Shown here: piece after piece, positions 24,441-37,774 of the stretch
Layout: each line of letters begins with the position of its first letter
Numbering within the stretch: the first letter of the stretch is position 1
From: Octopus sinensis
Lineage: Eukaryota
Direction of reading: 5' to 3'
NCBI RefSeq assembly: GCF_006345805.1
Contig: NW_021834001.1
Coordinates: forward strand, 1-64,000
Length of the DNA: 64,000 bases
The notes under the pieces: model-generated
Told to the model about the DNA's origin: nothing
Databases searched by the model: none
What the model saw: only the letters and a program-made list of their open reading frames with translations
Translations under genes and position numbers: made by a program

Positions 24441-25499
24441 CAGCTTAACGTGATAGCTCTGTAAGTAAAAAGAATATGGATAGATAGATAGATAGATAGA
24501 TAGAGATTGGGTGTGCGGGAGAGAAAGAGAGGGAGATAGAGTATGTGGAGAATGAGTTGTGGGAGAGCAAATGAAAAGTGTTCAAGGAATTATATGTAAA
24601 AGCTATTGTTGATATTTTTTTTGAGCTGTAGATTAACTCTGTCGAGCAGATTTATGATTAAACGCTCTCTAAATCTCACCATACTATCTTTATTTCAGAC
24701 GTAATAAATATAGTTCTGCATTATATTAAGCATCAAAGTACGATAATTTCTCAAGATGATAGAGTGTAAGACGAGAGAGATTTAACTGCTTTTTCTAGCA
24801 GGCCGAGTCACAATGTAGACATCTTCTTGTTGGTTCGATCATATAATTTACTATGGAAAGAGGAGAATGAATAATCTCCAAGACTCTTCATCAATTTTCA
24901 AGACAACTATCTATATATCATTAACAGGCGATAAACATGAAAATCTTGTTCAAATCAGGTTATTTCGACAATTCACCAACCGACTAGAACTATTCCAAAC
25001 CATTAACCTTCAAAACCTAATCTACCAGAACTATTTTAGGGGGACTGGAGGTGCTGTGCTTGAATTCAGTAATGACTGAGAAATAGTTAACAAGGGAATT
25101 ACCAATCTACTGATAAAAATTGATAGTTTCTGAATTGTCTTATGCATTAATCAGCAACACAAGAACAATCAGGGCAAGATATTCATGGGGACAATAATAA
25201 GTGTAAATCATTGGACACCTAACGAGTATTATGTTGTTGTTGCTTGGTGTTTGGTCAGCTCTGATCGAGTATACATATCATAAAGTTATTTCAACCATGA
25301 TTACTACATGCATTTATGGGCATAAGTAATTACTATCTTAGTCAATGGGTCCATTCCTTATCTGTTGTATATTCACATATGGCCTGATCGGATAGATCCT
25401 TGGTTAAAGGCATTCACGGAATGAAAATCTGATATTTATAAATCAAAGACTATATTATTCTTTGTGTGCCTTAATTTGAGATGGTAGCGTATATCGATT

Positions 25500-25710
25500 T
25501 CAAATATTGGCACCATATCAAGTTCGGAGGAGGGGGGTAAGTCGATTACGCCCCTCCCCCCCGAGTACTCAACTGGTATTTATTTTATCGACCCCAAAGA
25601 GATGAACGGTAAAGTCGACTTCGGTGGAATTTGAACTCAGAACGTAAAGACGAACGAAATGCCGCTAATCATTTTCTCCGTCGTGGTAACATTTCTGTTA
25701 GCTTGCTGTT
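25500..25710 (-). mobile_element. SINE family B
   Basis: GTAAGTCGATTAC...ATCGACCCC...GAATTTGAACTCAGAACGTAAAGACG. Confidence 0.85.
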
Positions 25711-27329
25711 TTTGATGATTGTGAATATTTGAGAGAGTTTGGCTATGATTTCTCACCGAGGGTTCCATCCCACCACACCCCGTTTTCCGGACCGAAAAAA
25801 AGGGTTTTGTGGCATATTAGGAGGTCACCGTAATTCATTCAACGAAAAACTAAAACATTACCAATGATTCCGGAATGAGGGCCTGGGGGGGGGTCCGGTT
25901 TCCCACCACCACCTTTTTCCTGATAAAAATAAGGGGTTTGCAGCACATTAGGAGGTCAGGGATTTTTTTTCTTAGTGAAAATCGTGCGGGTGAAGTATCA
26001 AAATTTACCATATTCAGTAGGTAGGGACGTTTAGATTTTTCGCATTGCTCCGTTTGAATATCTATATTAACTCTCTTTGTGTATTATGTATATGTGTATG
26101 CATGTATGTATGTATCTATATATACACATATATACAAACTCAAACATATAAACATACAACCTCAAACACATGCACAGTTCTTGCATTAGGTATTTTTCAA
26201 TACATACATAATGATATCATGAAGCTTAGGAAACGTTCTAGGACCTGAGATAAATACATTGCGTCTCACCTAGAAGTCTTTATATAGTCTTTACTATACA
26301 AATATAAATAATAGAAAAAGAAAAATGGAAATAGCTATTAGAAACTTGATCATCTCAAGGAAAGAAAATGATTTCTACAGCTTTCCACGTGACAATATAA
26401 AATGACGATTGTACCATTTTATTTTTGAATGTATCACCCATTTCTTCAGTAGTGGACCAATTTTGAATGGAAGGTAATACTTTCCCATCACATATGACAT
26501 TCTCACTAAAATCTTCTGTAATGCTATCGGTAAGAAGAATTATGCAGATGACCTTATCAAAGGCACATCACAATCAGAGCAGAATATATCACAACTTTAA
26601 AATACAGAGTATGGTTGAAACATTCCAATAAAAACAGCAATCAAATATATGCGTAATAAACTAAGTGTTGTTGTTTGGGTCAAGAAGCAAAACTCAAGAA
26701 TTCTTGCAGAATCCAGTAGCCCGGCAGATGTGAATATTCCATTAAAATTTGCGTAAAGATTACAACATCAATGGATAATCAATCAAAATTACCTGCAGCT
26801 CATACCCAAATTATAGATTTCCATTTGTTTATGTTACTATAGATATATACGTAACAGAAGACTTGCATCAAAACTTATAAATACTGGAGTTCTACAAAGG
26901 AACAGAGCAGACTGATTCACATTCTTCAAATCTAATCGATAAGAGGTAGCGGAAATTTTATAAATTATTCAAGGGACTCTCCATTTGAAAGTCCCGGGCT
27001 GAAAACATCTAATCAAACACACATATTTTGCAAAGGAAAGAAAATTAAATAAACCCCAAAGAAAACATGTAATACATACATACATACATGATGAAACGCA
27101 CGCACCCCCTTAAGTAAGATTGTTCTTTATATCAAGTTTTTGTTCTTGATATTAACTCTCACGCGCACTCTTAACCTTTCTGTCCCATCCCTTTCTCAGC
27201 CTTCATTCTTTGTTTTCCTTTTCCTCTACTTAACTTGTCTCTTCCTCTCTCTCTCCCCCTCTCGATTCTTCATGGTTTCCTCGCAGCCATTCCCCTTTTT
27301 CTCTCCCTTTCTCTTGCTCCTCCTCCCCC

Positions 27330-27395
27330 CTTCCCGTCGTTCACCCGCGACGCGACTTCCGCCTTCCCGTCGTTCACCCGCGACGTCACTTCCGC
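27330..27395. repeat. CpG-rich 33-bp tandem duplication containing an ETS/CRE-like composite motif
   Basis: CTTCCCGTCGTTCACCCGCGACG(CG/TC)ACTTCCGC x2; the minus strand reads GCGGAAGTGACGTC. Confidence 0.85.
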
Positions 27396-27623
27396 TGCTG
27401 TCTCTCTCGCCTGGCTTTCTCAAGGTAATGGATGACATTCTTTTTGCTCCGCTCGTCGTCCATAAAAAATTCTGCGTTTGCAATACTGTTTTTCGTTCGG
27501 CGTCAACAGCCCTTCTTATCTTGTTTTTCCTTGTCCTGTCTTTTACTGTTTACAATTTGTACTGTCGTTACTGTCCTGTTGTAACCATTTTTTACCCCTC
27601 TGCGAAAAGATCTCAGAATTTTA

Positions 27624-28086
27624 ATTGATTGATTGATTGATTGATTCTAGTTTCAGCTTATGAGCTGTGGCCATGCTGGGGCACCGCCATTTGGTGTTGC
27701 TACTTGGTTTCACTTCATGGAGGCTTTCTAGCAACTGCTATTTGGTGCATGAGAGAGTTCGATGCAGCTGCCCTCATCTGCCCCTCCTGCCGTGAAGTTG
27801 GTTCATCTGGGACACCTGACAGGAAGAGATCCAGCTCCATTTTAAAGACATCTGTATCCACCACATGCAGGTCTCTCAGGTTCTTCGGGAGGATATTGAA
27901 GAGCTGTGGGCCTCGGAAGCCCAGGCTATCACAGAATCTTGTCCTACATCTTGATGGCAAGTTTGGAGTCCTAGGCACCACGCAGTGGCGCCCAGTTCTG
28001 GCATTTGCGTAACTCTCGATGCCAAAGTTCAGGACACTTCCCTCCAGGATCTTCCAGATGTATATTATGGCATATCTTTCCCGCCT
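27624..28086 (-). mobile_element. Young 5'-truncated CR1-like LINE 3' end
   Basis: Unbroken 123-codon frame 28086->27715: RRERYAIIYIWKILEG...GPQLFNILPKNLRDL...FKMELDLFLSGVPDEP...AASNSL; short 3'UTR with stem-loop and (TCAA)n tail. Confidence 0.88.
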
Positions 28087-29264
28087 GATTTGCTTTTCGC
28101 AGGAAGGAAAGTTTTCTTGTCGAAGATACGTCTCGCTTTTATCCTTCGAAACGTAGAGTAGATGAAACCTTTAGCGACTGAAGAAGGGGTTTTTTCTTTG
28201 TGTTAATTGTCCTGTACTCTATTTTTTTGCTGTTTTTAAAAAAATGTCCAGTTCCTTTGGTTTGTGTCTATGTTTTCGTTTCTCATTGTGTTCGACGTCC
28301 TTTTGGTGTCCTGTACTCATATATGCGTGTATATGTACATGAAGAGGTAGGTACGTACATATATGTTTATATATATGCATATGTTTTATTTTATTTATTA
28401 ATATATATATATATGTTTACAGCCATACATATACACACACGCACATACACACACACATACGTGCACGCAGACTCTTACATACATACACGGACACACGCAA
28501 AAAATGTGTACAAGCATTCAGGAGCGTTTGTACTTGGAAATGAATAATTTTCATCGAGTTTCTTCCAATGTATAAACAGTAAAGCAAATATATTACTACA
28601 AAAATAATGAAGTTTTAAATCATGGACTGTTTTCAGTCCAATTGAAAGAAATAGTGAGGAAGGATCAGAATGAAAGGAAGAGACAGTGTTTGAAAGAGGG
28701 AAAGAGAGAGAAAAAAAAGAGAGAGAGGACTATGAAAGAGAGAAAGAGAGTACTATACAATCGTTTTGTGGCAAAATAGATATATTATATTTATCCTGAA
28801 CGATATTAGCTTATAAATAGAGAATCTGCTGAGTAAAATTTGAGATATCAAATGGTTACTTTAGTTGTTGTAACAGAAGGAAAAATTACTGCAGCAGAAG
28901 AATTAGCTGAAAATACATCAAAAGAAAAATAATGACAACATTGATATATCTGTTGTCACTCGATGTGATAGAAATAGTTACCACATATCACTCAAACTAC
29001 ACCGTAATATCTTAAAGCATACTCGATAATGCAGCTCTGGATTTATATACCTTGTAAAAAATAGCTTTGGTGGATCAGATGTTATTTGAGGAAAACAACG
29101 ACAAACAGTAATGATAGAAGGACTACACGGGTTTGGTAAAAAACATTTGACATAATAATTATCAACACAGAAATCCCTACGATTAAAGCAACGCAAACTC
29201 AAGCATATTCATTTTCATCCCCCGATGTTATTATTATAATTATCATTCATCTTCGGAGACACAT

Positions 29265-29552
29265 GAGGCACAATGGTCCAGTGGTTAGGGCAGCGGACTC
29301 GCGGTCGGAGGACCGGGCGTTGTGTGTGTTTATTGAGCGAAAACACATAAAAGCTCCACGAGGCTCCGGCAGGGGGTTGTGGCGACCCCTTTTGTACTCT
29401 TTCGCCACAACTTTCTCTCACTCTCTCGCTTCCTGTTTCTTGAGTAACGCTGCGATGGACTGGTGTCCCGTCCACCTGGGGGAAACACATACGCCACAGA
29501 AACCGGGTAACCGGGCCCATGAGTCTGGCTAGGCTTGAAAAGGTCGACGTTT
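29265..29552 (+). mobile_element. tRNA-derived SINE, head C + tail T2
   Basis: GAGGCACAATGGTCCAGTGGTTAGGGCAGCGG head, AAAGCTCCACGAGGCTCCGGCAGG, then GAGT-AACGCTGCGATGGACTGG tail. Confidence 0.88.
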
Positions 29553-30379
29553 ATCGTTTTTCGGAGACAAATAATTGTTTGTATTAAACGACTTACTTAT
29601 GGTAAAAATGGGTAGAAAGGGCCAATACGAAAGTATTGATTCGTATAAAATAATACCGTAGTTGTTAAACTTAATGAACAGAAGATGATAGAAATGCACA
29701 CAGCGGTTCAAATCTTTGGTTATGAACGGGAATTCCTTATGTTATCCAAATAAGTGATTACTATGGTTTACGAAATATGTGTGTGCTCGTGTGTGCAAGT
29801 GTTTGTGTGCATATGGCTGTATGCATGTATATGTGTGTTACATGTTTTCTTTGGCATTTATTTAATCTTCTTTCCTTTGAAAAATATGTGCGGTTGAGAG
29901 CGTGTTTTTAGGCCAGGACTTTCAAATGGAGAGTTCTTGGAGTGTGTGTGTGTGTATGCGCACGCGTGTATGAATGCACATATATATATTTACATTATGA
30001 AAGTTATTGAAAATATTTCCTCGTCAAAAATGAAGTTCTTGAAGAAACTGGTGCTGTGCTACATTACGCAGGAATTTCTTTGACTTTCTCTTTATCTTTT
30101 AAGATTTTTTTAACGTCTTTCGATAACTGTTTGTTTACTATTTATATCAACTAAAGATAATTATTTTTACATTAGATTCAGAAAGAAAGTGTGGGCGAGG
30201 TTCTTAGAATGTGGTACCGCATGATTTTCTTTTTTTTTTTTTTTTTTGACAGGGTAATGATCACTTCCACAACCACTTGTGTGGCATAATTATAGGGTCT
30301 GAAGAGTGAAACAAACAATAAGTTGGGAACCGTTAACTTGTCTAGCGAAATAGAACAGCATAAAACTGGCAAAGAATAC

Positions 30380-30423
30380 ATATATACACTTAATTGCATA
30401 TATATATATATATATTATATATA

Positions 30424-30499
<76 letters not shown>

Positions 30500-30551
30500 C
30501 GTACATACACACACATCTGGAAGAATATGTATATTTATTTATATATATGTG

Positions 30552-30594
<43 letters not shown>

Positions 30595-30905
30595 TATATA
30601 TACAAATATATATTCAAAATACATATATATGTATATATATAGATACAAACATACCTATCTATCTGTCTGTCTATATATCTATCTATCTACCTATCTATCA
30701 ACCTACCTATCTATCTACCTATCCATCAACCTACCTATCTACCTACCTACCTACCTACCTACCTACCTACCTACCTACCTACCTACCTATGTATCTACCT
30801 ATCTATCTATCTGCCTATCTATCTATCAACCTATCTATCAATCAACCTATCTATCAATCAACCTATCTATCAATCAACCTATCTATCTATCTATCTACCT
30901 ATCTA
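30380..30905 (+). repeat. Compound microsatellite (TA)n / (ATCT)n / (ACCT)n
   Basis: Direct reading. Confidence 0.97.
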
Positions 30906-31964
30906 TACTGAATAAGTTTTTTATTGTCTTTCTGATATTTTCCAGACCAGTTTATTTCACTGTCTCTCTTTTCAGTTCTCTACACCATGTAGAAATTCAC
31001 TATCATGATATAAAACTATAAAACGAAATAATATATATCCAGAATGTGAAATTGGTAAGATCACGAAATAAGCTTTGATTTAAATAAATGTAAAATTAAT
31101 TACCATATAAGGTATAAAGCAGGTCACATTCTTTTAGACCCATCAAACATCGTGTATTGATTTTTGAATTTATTACTTACGACTTAAACATGATTTTCTT
31201 CTTCGACTGTTTTGACAATACATTAAAGTGTACAGGATAAAATATTGATATTGCAAAGAAATAACTTAGTTTATGGGTCTTGATGAGAAAGAAAAATCAA
31301 TATTCTGTTGCCTTTATTATATGTATATATTGACCTTATTCCAAAACAATACAGCTTTTGCTAAAGGAATTAAAGTGTTGCTGTCATTGAAAGGAAAATA
31401 TTCCACTGTTAAATCAGAACACTTGCAAAAATATACAGAATAAATAACCAATGAACGCCTATCTTATTTGACTCAAACTATAAAAGAAAAAAGAAAAGGA
31501 AACAAAGCGAGAGGGCTACATATAACGAGATTCTCAACTGACATATATGTGTGGGTTGCACTAGAAAAATAAAAGCAAAATTGGATGCGTTTCAGATATC
31601 CTAACTTGTAATTTGTAATCTGGTTTTCAGAAATAATAACCCTAGGGAATAACAATGGTTTATAAATAGCCAAATCACCATTACAACTTGACGTATGATA
31701 ATTCTGAACGATAGTAGCATACTCTAAGAGGTTTAATGTTAATAAAAACAAAAACAAATAAGGAAAAATAAACTCTCTTTGATGTCCACGGTTGTTTACA
31801 GTATGGGTAGTGAAAATAAGACAAATTTATTATTCTGTCCTTCTTAGTAAAGCTAGTCATTATGATTTTGGACTTCAAATAATCCCAATAATGAGTTTTG
31901 TATTTGTATTTTAAATATTCTCAGAGTATTTATTTCTGGGTTAAATTGTGATTGATTGTGATCT

Positions 31965-32445
31965 CCTTCGGTCATGAATGACCATGGAATTTGCACCTAG
32001 AAAGTTCCCCTCCGAAGTACAAGTCTGGGCAAGGTTGTTTATGGAAGACCAGCAGTCGCTCACGCATACCATCCTCACCTCTCCACGCCACCAGTGTTAT
32101 CCAAGGGAAAGGCAAAGGCTGATACAGCTTGGCACCGTTGACGTCGCAACTCATTTATTAATGTGCAAGTGTACTCTTAACGTAGTTCTCGAGGAGATTC
32201 AGCGTGACACAGAGTGTGACAAGGCTGGCCCTTTGAAATACAGGTACAGCAGAAACAAGAAGAAAGAGTGAGAGAAAGTTGTGGTGAAAGAGTACAGCGG
32301 GGTTCACCATCACACCCTGCCGGAACCTCGTGGAGCTTTAGGTGTTTTCACTCATTAAACACTCACAATGCCCGATTTGGGAATTGAAACCGCGATCCTA
32401 CGACCGCAAGTCCGCTGCCCTAACCACTGGGCCATTGCGCTTCCA
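31965..32445 (-). mobile_element. Two abutting SINE pieces: tail T3 (31965-32155) and head C + partial T1 (32160-32445)
   Basis: Reverse-complement homology to 3181-3510 and 40285-40665. Confidence 0.85.
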
Positions 32446-32592
32446 CGGATTAAATTGTAATGTCTTTAAAATAAGGCCCAATTTATTCTAGTTTGTTGTA
32501 AAATTTAAAAAAACCTAACTGTTTAATTGTTAGATATCTCTATTGAGAACCCAGTAAGGTTCGAAGATCGATTAAAGCTGTTTATCATTTTA

Positions 32593-32760
32593 TAAGTGCA
32601 GGCATGGCTCTGCGGCAAAAAGTTTGCTTTCCAGCCGCATGGTTCTGGATTCAGTCCCATTTCGTGTAACCTTAGGCAAGTGTCTACTACTGTAGCATTG
32701 GGACGCCCAAAGCCTTGTGAGTGGATTTGGTAGACAGAAACTGAAAGAATTTCGTCGTGT
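32593..32760 (+). mobile_element. SINE family A, 5' half
   Basis: CCTTAGGCAAGTGTCTACTAC...GTGGATTTGGTAGACAGAAACTGAAAG then (TA)n. Confidence 0.8.
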
Positions 32761-33249
32761 GTATATATATATATATATATATTATATATCCACTCGGCTT
32801 AATGACAAGAAACTAGTGCATAATAAATGATATTATGTTAAATACTTCCCAAAGGTCAGGATTTATATTAACCTAAAACTAATAATTGCAAAGAACAAAT
32901 AAAACCGTTTCTTGACAGATTTTTCTCGTAGGTTTTACATTATACTTACATGTTTATAGTAGCCTAGTGGTTAGGCTGGTCGTCACATGACCATAGGATT
33001 TCTGGACCGGGGTGGAGTGGGAGTGGTAGTCAGATTGTGACCTTGGACAATCTACTTCATTTCACATTGCACCAGTCTTCTCAGCTATGAAGAACACCAG
33101 CTCAGTGCCGGTGCAGCCCTCTCTGCCTCCTGATATCACACGTTAGGTTTTCGCGCTGGGTCAATGGTGAGTTTATCAAGAGGGCGTCTCTATTCACGAC
33201 TATATAGAAATCTAGAACAGTTAATGAACGCATGGTACATGCTACTAAG

Positions 33250-33790
33250 CCAGACTAGTCCAGCAGTGATGACTGGCTGCAGTGTACTTCAGGCCTTTGT
33301 TTAAAGTAGCGATTCTTCATCGAACTATGAAAAAGAATCCGTTGAAGAAAGAAGGTGAAAGGTGAAATGCAAATTGCATTGATGTGAAAATTATTTCTGC
33401 TCAAGGAATAATATATCTCACATATGATAGGTTTCAAAATCTTACTCATATGATATTCTCTTTCACTGTGTATTTTATACCATCTCATTCCAAAATCAGA
33501 GCACACTTGTCCAAGTCCATGAGTAGTTTGTCGTCAGCACCGCGTTAATTTTGCCGGGAACATTCTCTCTCTCTTGTATATCTTAAGAATATTTGACTTT
33601 CATTTTTAAACTCTCATTTGCCTTCAGGATATTAATCTTCCATAAATAACGCCGTGTGAATGTTCGTGGGAGGTCACTCCCAATGTCCATTGCTTCAGAA
33701 GTGAAAAACGGGTTCAGTGACACACTTCTCTCTCTCCATCCCACCACATAAAAATCCGAAGGAAAGCCCAATGTTCAATACAACATGGAA
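33250..33790 (-). mobile_element. Decayed RTE-like reverse transcriptase fragment
   Basis: Minus strand: SVSLNPFF..AMD (cf. LSPLLF..MD), ADD, CSDFGM in RT order; frameshifted. Confidence 0.4.
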
Positions 33791-36056
33791 CGGAAATAAA
33801 AGAAACTCGGGTAATTAGCTAAGAACATCCTCATAACCTGTTAGTATTCACATTTTACCAACATAAGGTTGTGGAAACAGGGGATAAGAAGTAGCTATAT
33901 TCGATCTTGTGGCTCAGCAAAATAATTTGCGTTCAGTTACCACCTATATGTACTAATGTGACAACTATATGCCTAAATTCAGAACACAACATAATCTCAT
34001 TGGTAGACTACAAACTCTTAACCTATGTACTGCAAGGTAGTAACTTAAATAATTGTTTGGCCAGAAGTTTTAAATATAAAAGATCTATAAAGATTATTTT
34101 TCTTTTTTACATTTAAAAATATAAAACTGGTAAAAGTCCAAATCAATTTACACATATTTTTAAATGTTTGTTAGGTCAGTTCTAGTTTCTACTCAACACA
34201 TACCAATTCTGCCCATTTAGTTCGGACTAAATTATTAATAGCCATTATCATTTTTTTTTCAAGTTTGATTGAGCTCTCTTCAAGAAAATAGCTTGGAACA
34301 TTGCAGCAATTTCGATAAACTTTAACGAGATTGCGGTAACGAGTTACAGAGTTTGACTAGATGATTGATTATGAGTTTAAAGTATTAATTTAGATTATTA
34401 GTTTAAAAATACATATCACAATGTATCTATTTCAATCAGGCGCCATTTGGATTACTATCTGAACATAGTTCTTCTGAAGTTAAAAGAGCTCACTCATACC
34501 ATTTAAATCAGAATCTATATCAGATTTTCAACGCATTAAAAAGATCTCACTCATATTATCAACCTGACAACTAATCAAACTCAATTTTACGTGGTAACCT
34601 ATCAAGGAATCGACAGAACACAAATTACTGTATGGAAAATAAGACAGGCATTATATTCCCTCATACGATGATTTGTACGATGATTTGATGTGAAATTCTT
34701 TTAGATTTCTCTCCGTCTTCAAGTTTGGACAAAACACAGAATCGAGACACAACATCACAAGAAACCAGCTGTTATATTTTATTAGATTTTAATGACAGGT
34801 TCCTTCCTTTCCTTTTCTGGTACAAAGGATATATAGAATAATCGCAATCTAATTTATTATTCTCGCATGTCTTTTTAAGCTTATCGATTTTTATTATCAA
34901 AGTTATTTCATTATATTACTAATATTCTCTATCGCACTGTATTTACGACTTCCAATCACCTCTTTCTGCATTCTTTTATATTTTTCTTAAAATAAATGTT
35001 GATTAGCACAGAAGAAGAAGAAAGAATTATTTTCATAATTACACTAGAATACAACAGAAAGAAAAAAAATACTGTATTGAGCTTTTTAAAACTGACTAAT
35101 GGAAATTTTGGTGATTTAATTTTTTCTGTTTTCAAGTCTCGCTCTTTTATCCTTTTTATACTCATGCGTATATTGATGTTTACTCACAAAAAATACACGC
35201 ACAAACGCATGCACGCAGATACACAGAAACACACGAGCACACAAGCAAATATTCTCCCACATGCAAGCAACAGACGGAGACACGCACACATACGTATATA
35301 GACTCATATACGCATTTGCGCGCACACACAAGTGGAGAGTAAAACTTGGAGCAAAATGCATTTTGAATAATATAAGCAATCGTGCTGAATAAGTGTTTTT
35401 AAATTCATATCTATTCTTTATATTATATACTTTGTGTAAATTACAATTACACATGAGCGCACACATTCGCATCTACATATCACATGTGTGTATTTGTATG
35501 TGTGTGTGTGTATGTCTCTGTAAATAAGAATGAGTATGTATAATAGGCCTTTCCTGTGAATCCTGAAAAGAAGCATTATTTTCTATTCAGTAGCGAATGT
35601 AAAAAAAAAGTAAAGAAACAAGTTTTATTATTCAAGTATAATCATACATATTTGCAGTATTGTCAGGTTTTGTTAACTATCCAAGTGTTATTCTACCGTC
35701 TTTGTTTAAGCTATATTCTAGAAGTACATAGCGGGAGTCGTTAAATAAAAGAAGGAGTTTCATGACACAAATACAATTCGTATTTTCGGCTATTATATTT
35801 ACGTATCATTACAGTATGGGTTGCTGAGAAAGTCAAGAAATTCGCCTAATTACAATCATTCGTTACCAGGAAACTGAGACATTATATTTCAGTAAGTAGA
35901 AGTAGATTTTCATTGTGCACACATTGATCTGGCTGCTTGTAGGAAAGGTTAAATAGGAATTTGTAAATTTAGAACATTAATGACTATTGGCTGGTCAATG
36001 CCTTACAATTTAGTATCAAATTAAAAACATTTTATATAACGTTATATGTATATATA

Positions 36057-36221
36057 TAGGCGCAGAAATGGCTGTTTGGTAAGTAGCTTGCTTACGAACC
36101 ACATGGTTCCGGGTTCAGTCCCACTGCGTGGCACCTTGGGCAAGTGTCTTCTGCTATAGCCTCGGGCCTACCAAAGCCTTGTGAGTGTATTTGGTAGAGG
36201 GAAACTGAAAGAAGCCCGTCG

Positions 36222-36255
<34 letters not shown>

Positions 36256-36332
36256 CATACATACATATATATATATATACATACATATACATACATATAC
36301 ATCATACATACATACATATACATACGTACACA

Positions 36333-36366
<34 letters not shown>

Positions 36367-36611
36367 CATACATACATACATACATACATATGTTTTTGTG
36401 TCTGTGTTTGTTCCCCACCATCGCTTGACAATCAATGCTGGTGTGCTTACGTCCTCGTAAGTTAGCGGCTCGGCAAAAGAGACCGATAGAATAAGTACTA
36501 GGCTTACAAAGAATAAGTCCTGGGTTCGATTTGCTCGACTAAAGGCGGTGCTCCAGCATGGCCGCAGTCAAATGACGGAAACACGTAAAAGAGCAAAAGA
36601 GAGAGTAAGAG
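36057..36611 (+). mobile_element. SINE family A, full length
   Basis: Head, internal (TA)/(CATA)n and tail; imperfect long TSD TATATAACGTTAT(C)ATGT at ~36033 and ~36612. Confidence 0.93.
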
Positions 36612-36659
36612 TATATAACGTTATCATGTTATATAGATAGAAAGCCATGTGGCTTATAA

Positions 36660-36845
36660 TTCTTACTTTTGGTACAAGACCAGTAGTTTTGAGAGGAGGG
36701 GTAGTCGATGACACCGACCTCATTGCTTAACTGGTACTTAATTTATCGCCTCCGAAAGGATGAAAAGCAAAGTAGATCTCGGTGGCACTGAACTCAGAAA
36801 GTGAATAACCGGTAGAAATGCTGCTAAGCATTTTGTCCAGCGCAG
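36660..36845 (-). mobile_element. Degenerate SINE family B
   Basis: AACTGGTACTTAATTTATCG..AAAGGATGAAAAGCAAAGT..GAACTCAGAA. Confidence 0.8.
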
Positions 36846-37187
36846 TATTGCTTATAAGGATTAACTATTTTAAATTCTTAAACCTCTCAGAGTAAGGAAA
36901 GTGGGGAAAATTGTTGCCAAAATATATGATAGTTATGGTATAATTATTGCAATTCATAAATGATTTATTTGATCCTAATATAAGAAATCTGTACTTGGCT
37001 TCTGTAGGTAACATCGGTGCTCAATGATAATAATGACTTGTAGGGATGCAGTAATTCGTTATGCAATTATAATATACTATAGAGTATATTAAACGTTTTT
37101 GTAAGTCAATACCATGGTCTATAGTGTTAGCAGTGCGCTTTACATCACTTGTTAGGGTTACCTCTACCGAAAAGAATATCTGTAGAG

Positions 37188-37774
37188 AGCTGGCGAGCTG
37201 GCAGAATAGTTAGCACGCCGAGCGAAATGCTTAGCGGTATTTCGTCTGCTGTTAGGTTCTGAGTTCAAATTCCGCTGAGGTCGACTTTGCCTTTCATCCT
37301 TCCGGGGTCGATAAACTAAGCACCAGTTACGCACTGGGGTCGATGTAATCGATTTAATCCGTTTGTCTGTCCTTGTTTGTCCTCTGTGTTTATCCCCTTG
37401 TGGGTAGTAAAGAAATAGGTATTTCGTTTGCTGTTACGTTCTGAGTTCAATTTCCGCCGAGGTCGACTTTGCCTTTCATCCTTCCAGGGTCGATAAACTA
37501 AGTACCAGTTACGCACTGGGTTCGATATAATCGACTTAATCCCTGTGTCTGTCCTTGTTTGTCCCCTCTGTGTTTAGCCCCTTATGGGTAGTAAAGAAAA
37601 AGGTATTTCATCTGCCGTTACGTTGTGAGTTCAAATTCCGCCGAGGTCGACTTTGCCTTTCATCCTTTCGGGGTCGATAAATTAAGTACCAGTTACGCAC
37701 TGGAGTCGATATAATTGACTTAATCCCTTGTTTTCCCCTCTATGTTTAGCCCCTTGTGGGCCATAAAGAAATGA
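37188..37774 (+). mobile_element. SINE B head-to-tail trimer with one TSD
   Basis: Units ~37188-37417, ~37418-37603, ~37604-37774; TSD GA(A/G)TATCTGTAGAG at 37174-37187 and 37775-37788. Confidence 0.92.

Noticed and set aside
25760-25960. Degenerate ~135-bp direct repeat (CCCACCAC..ATTAGGAGGTCA x2)
   Set aside because: Probably subterminal repeats of an old DNA transposon; too decayed to support more.
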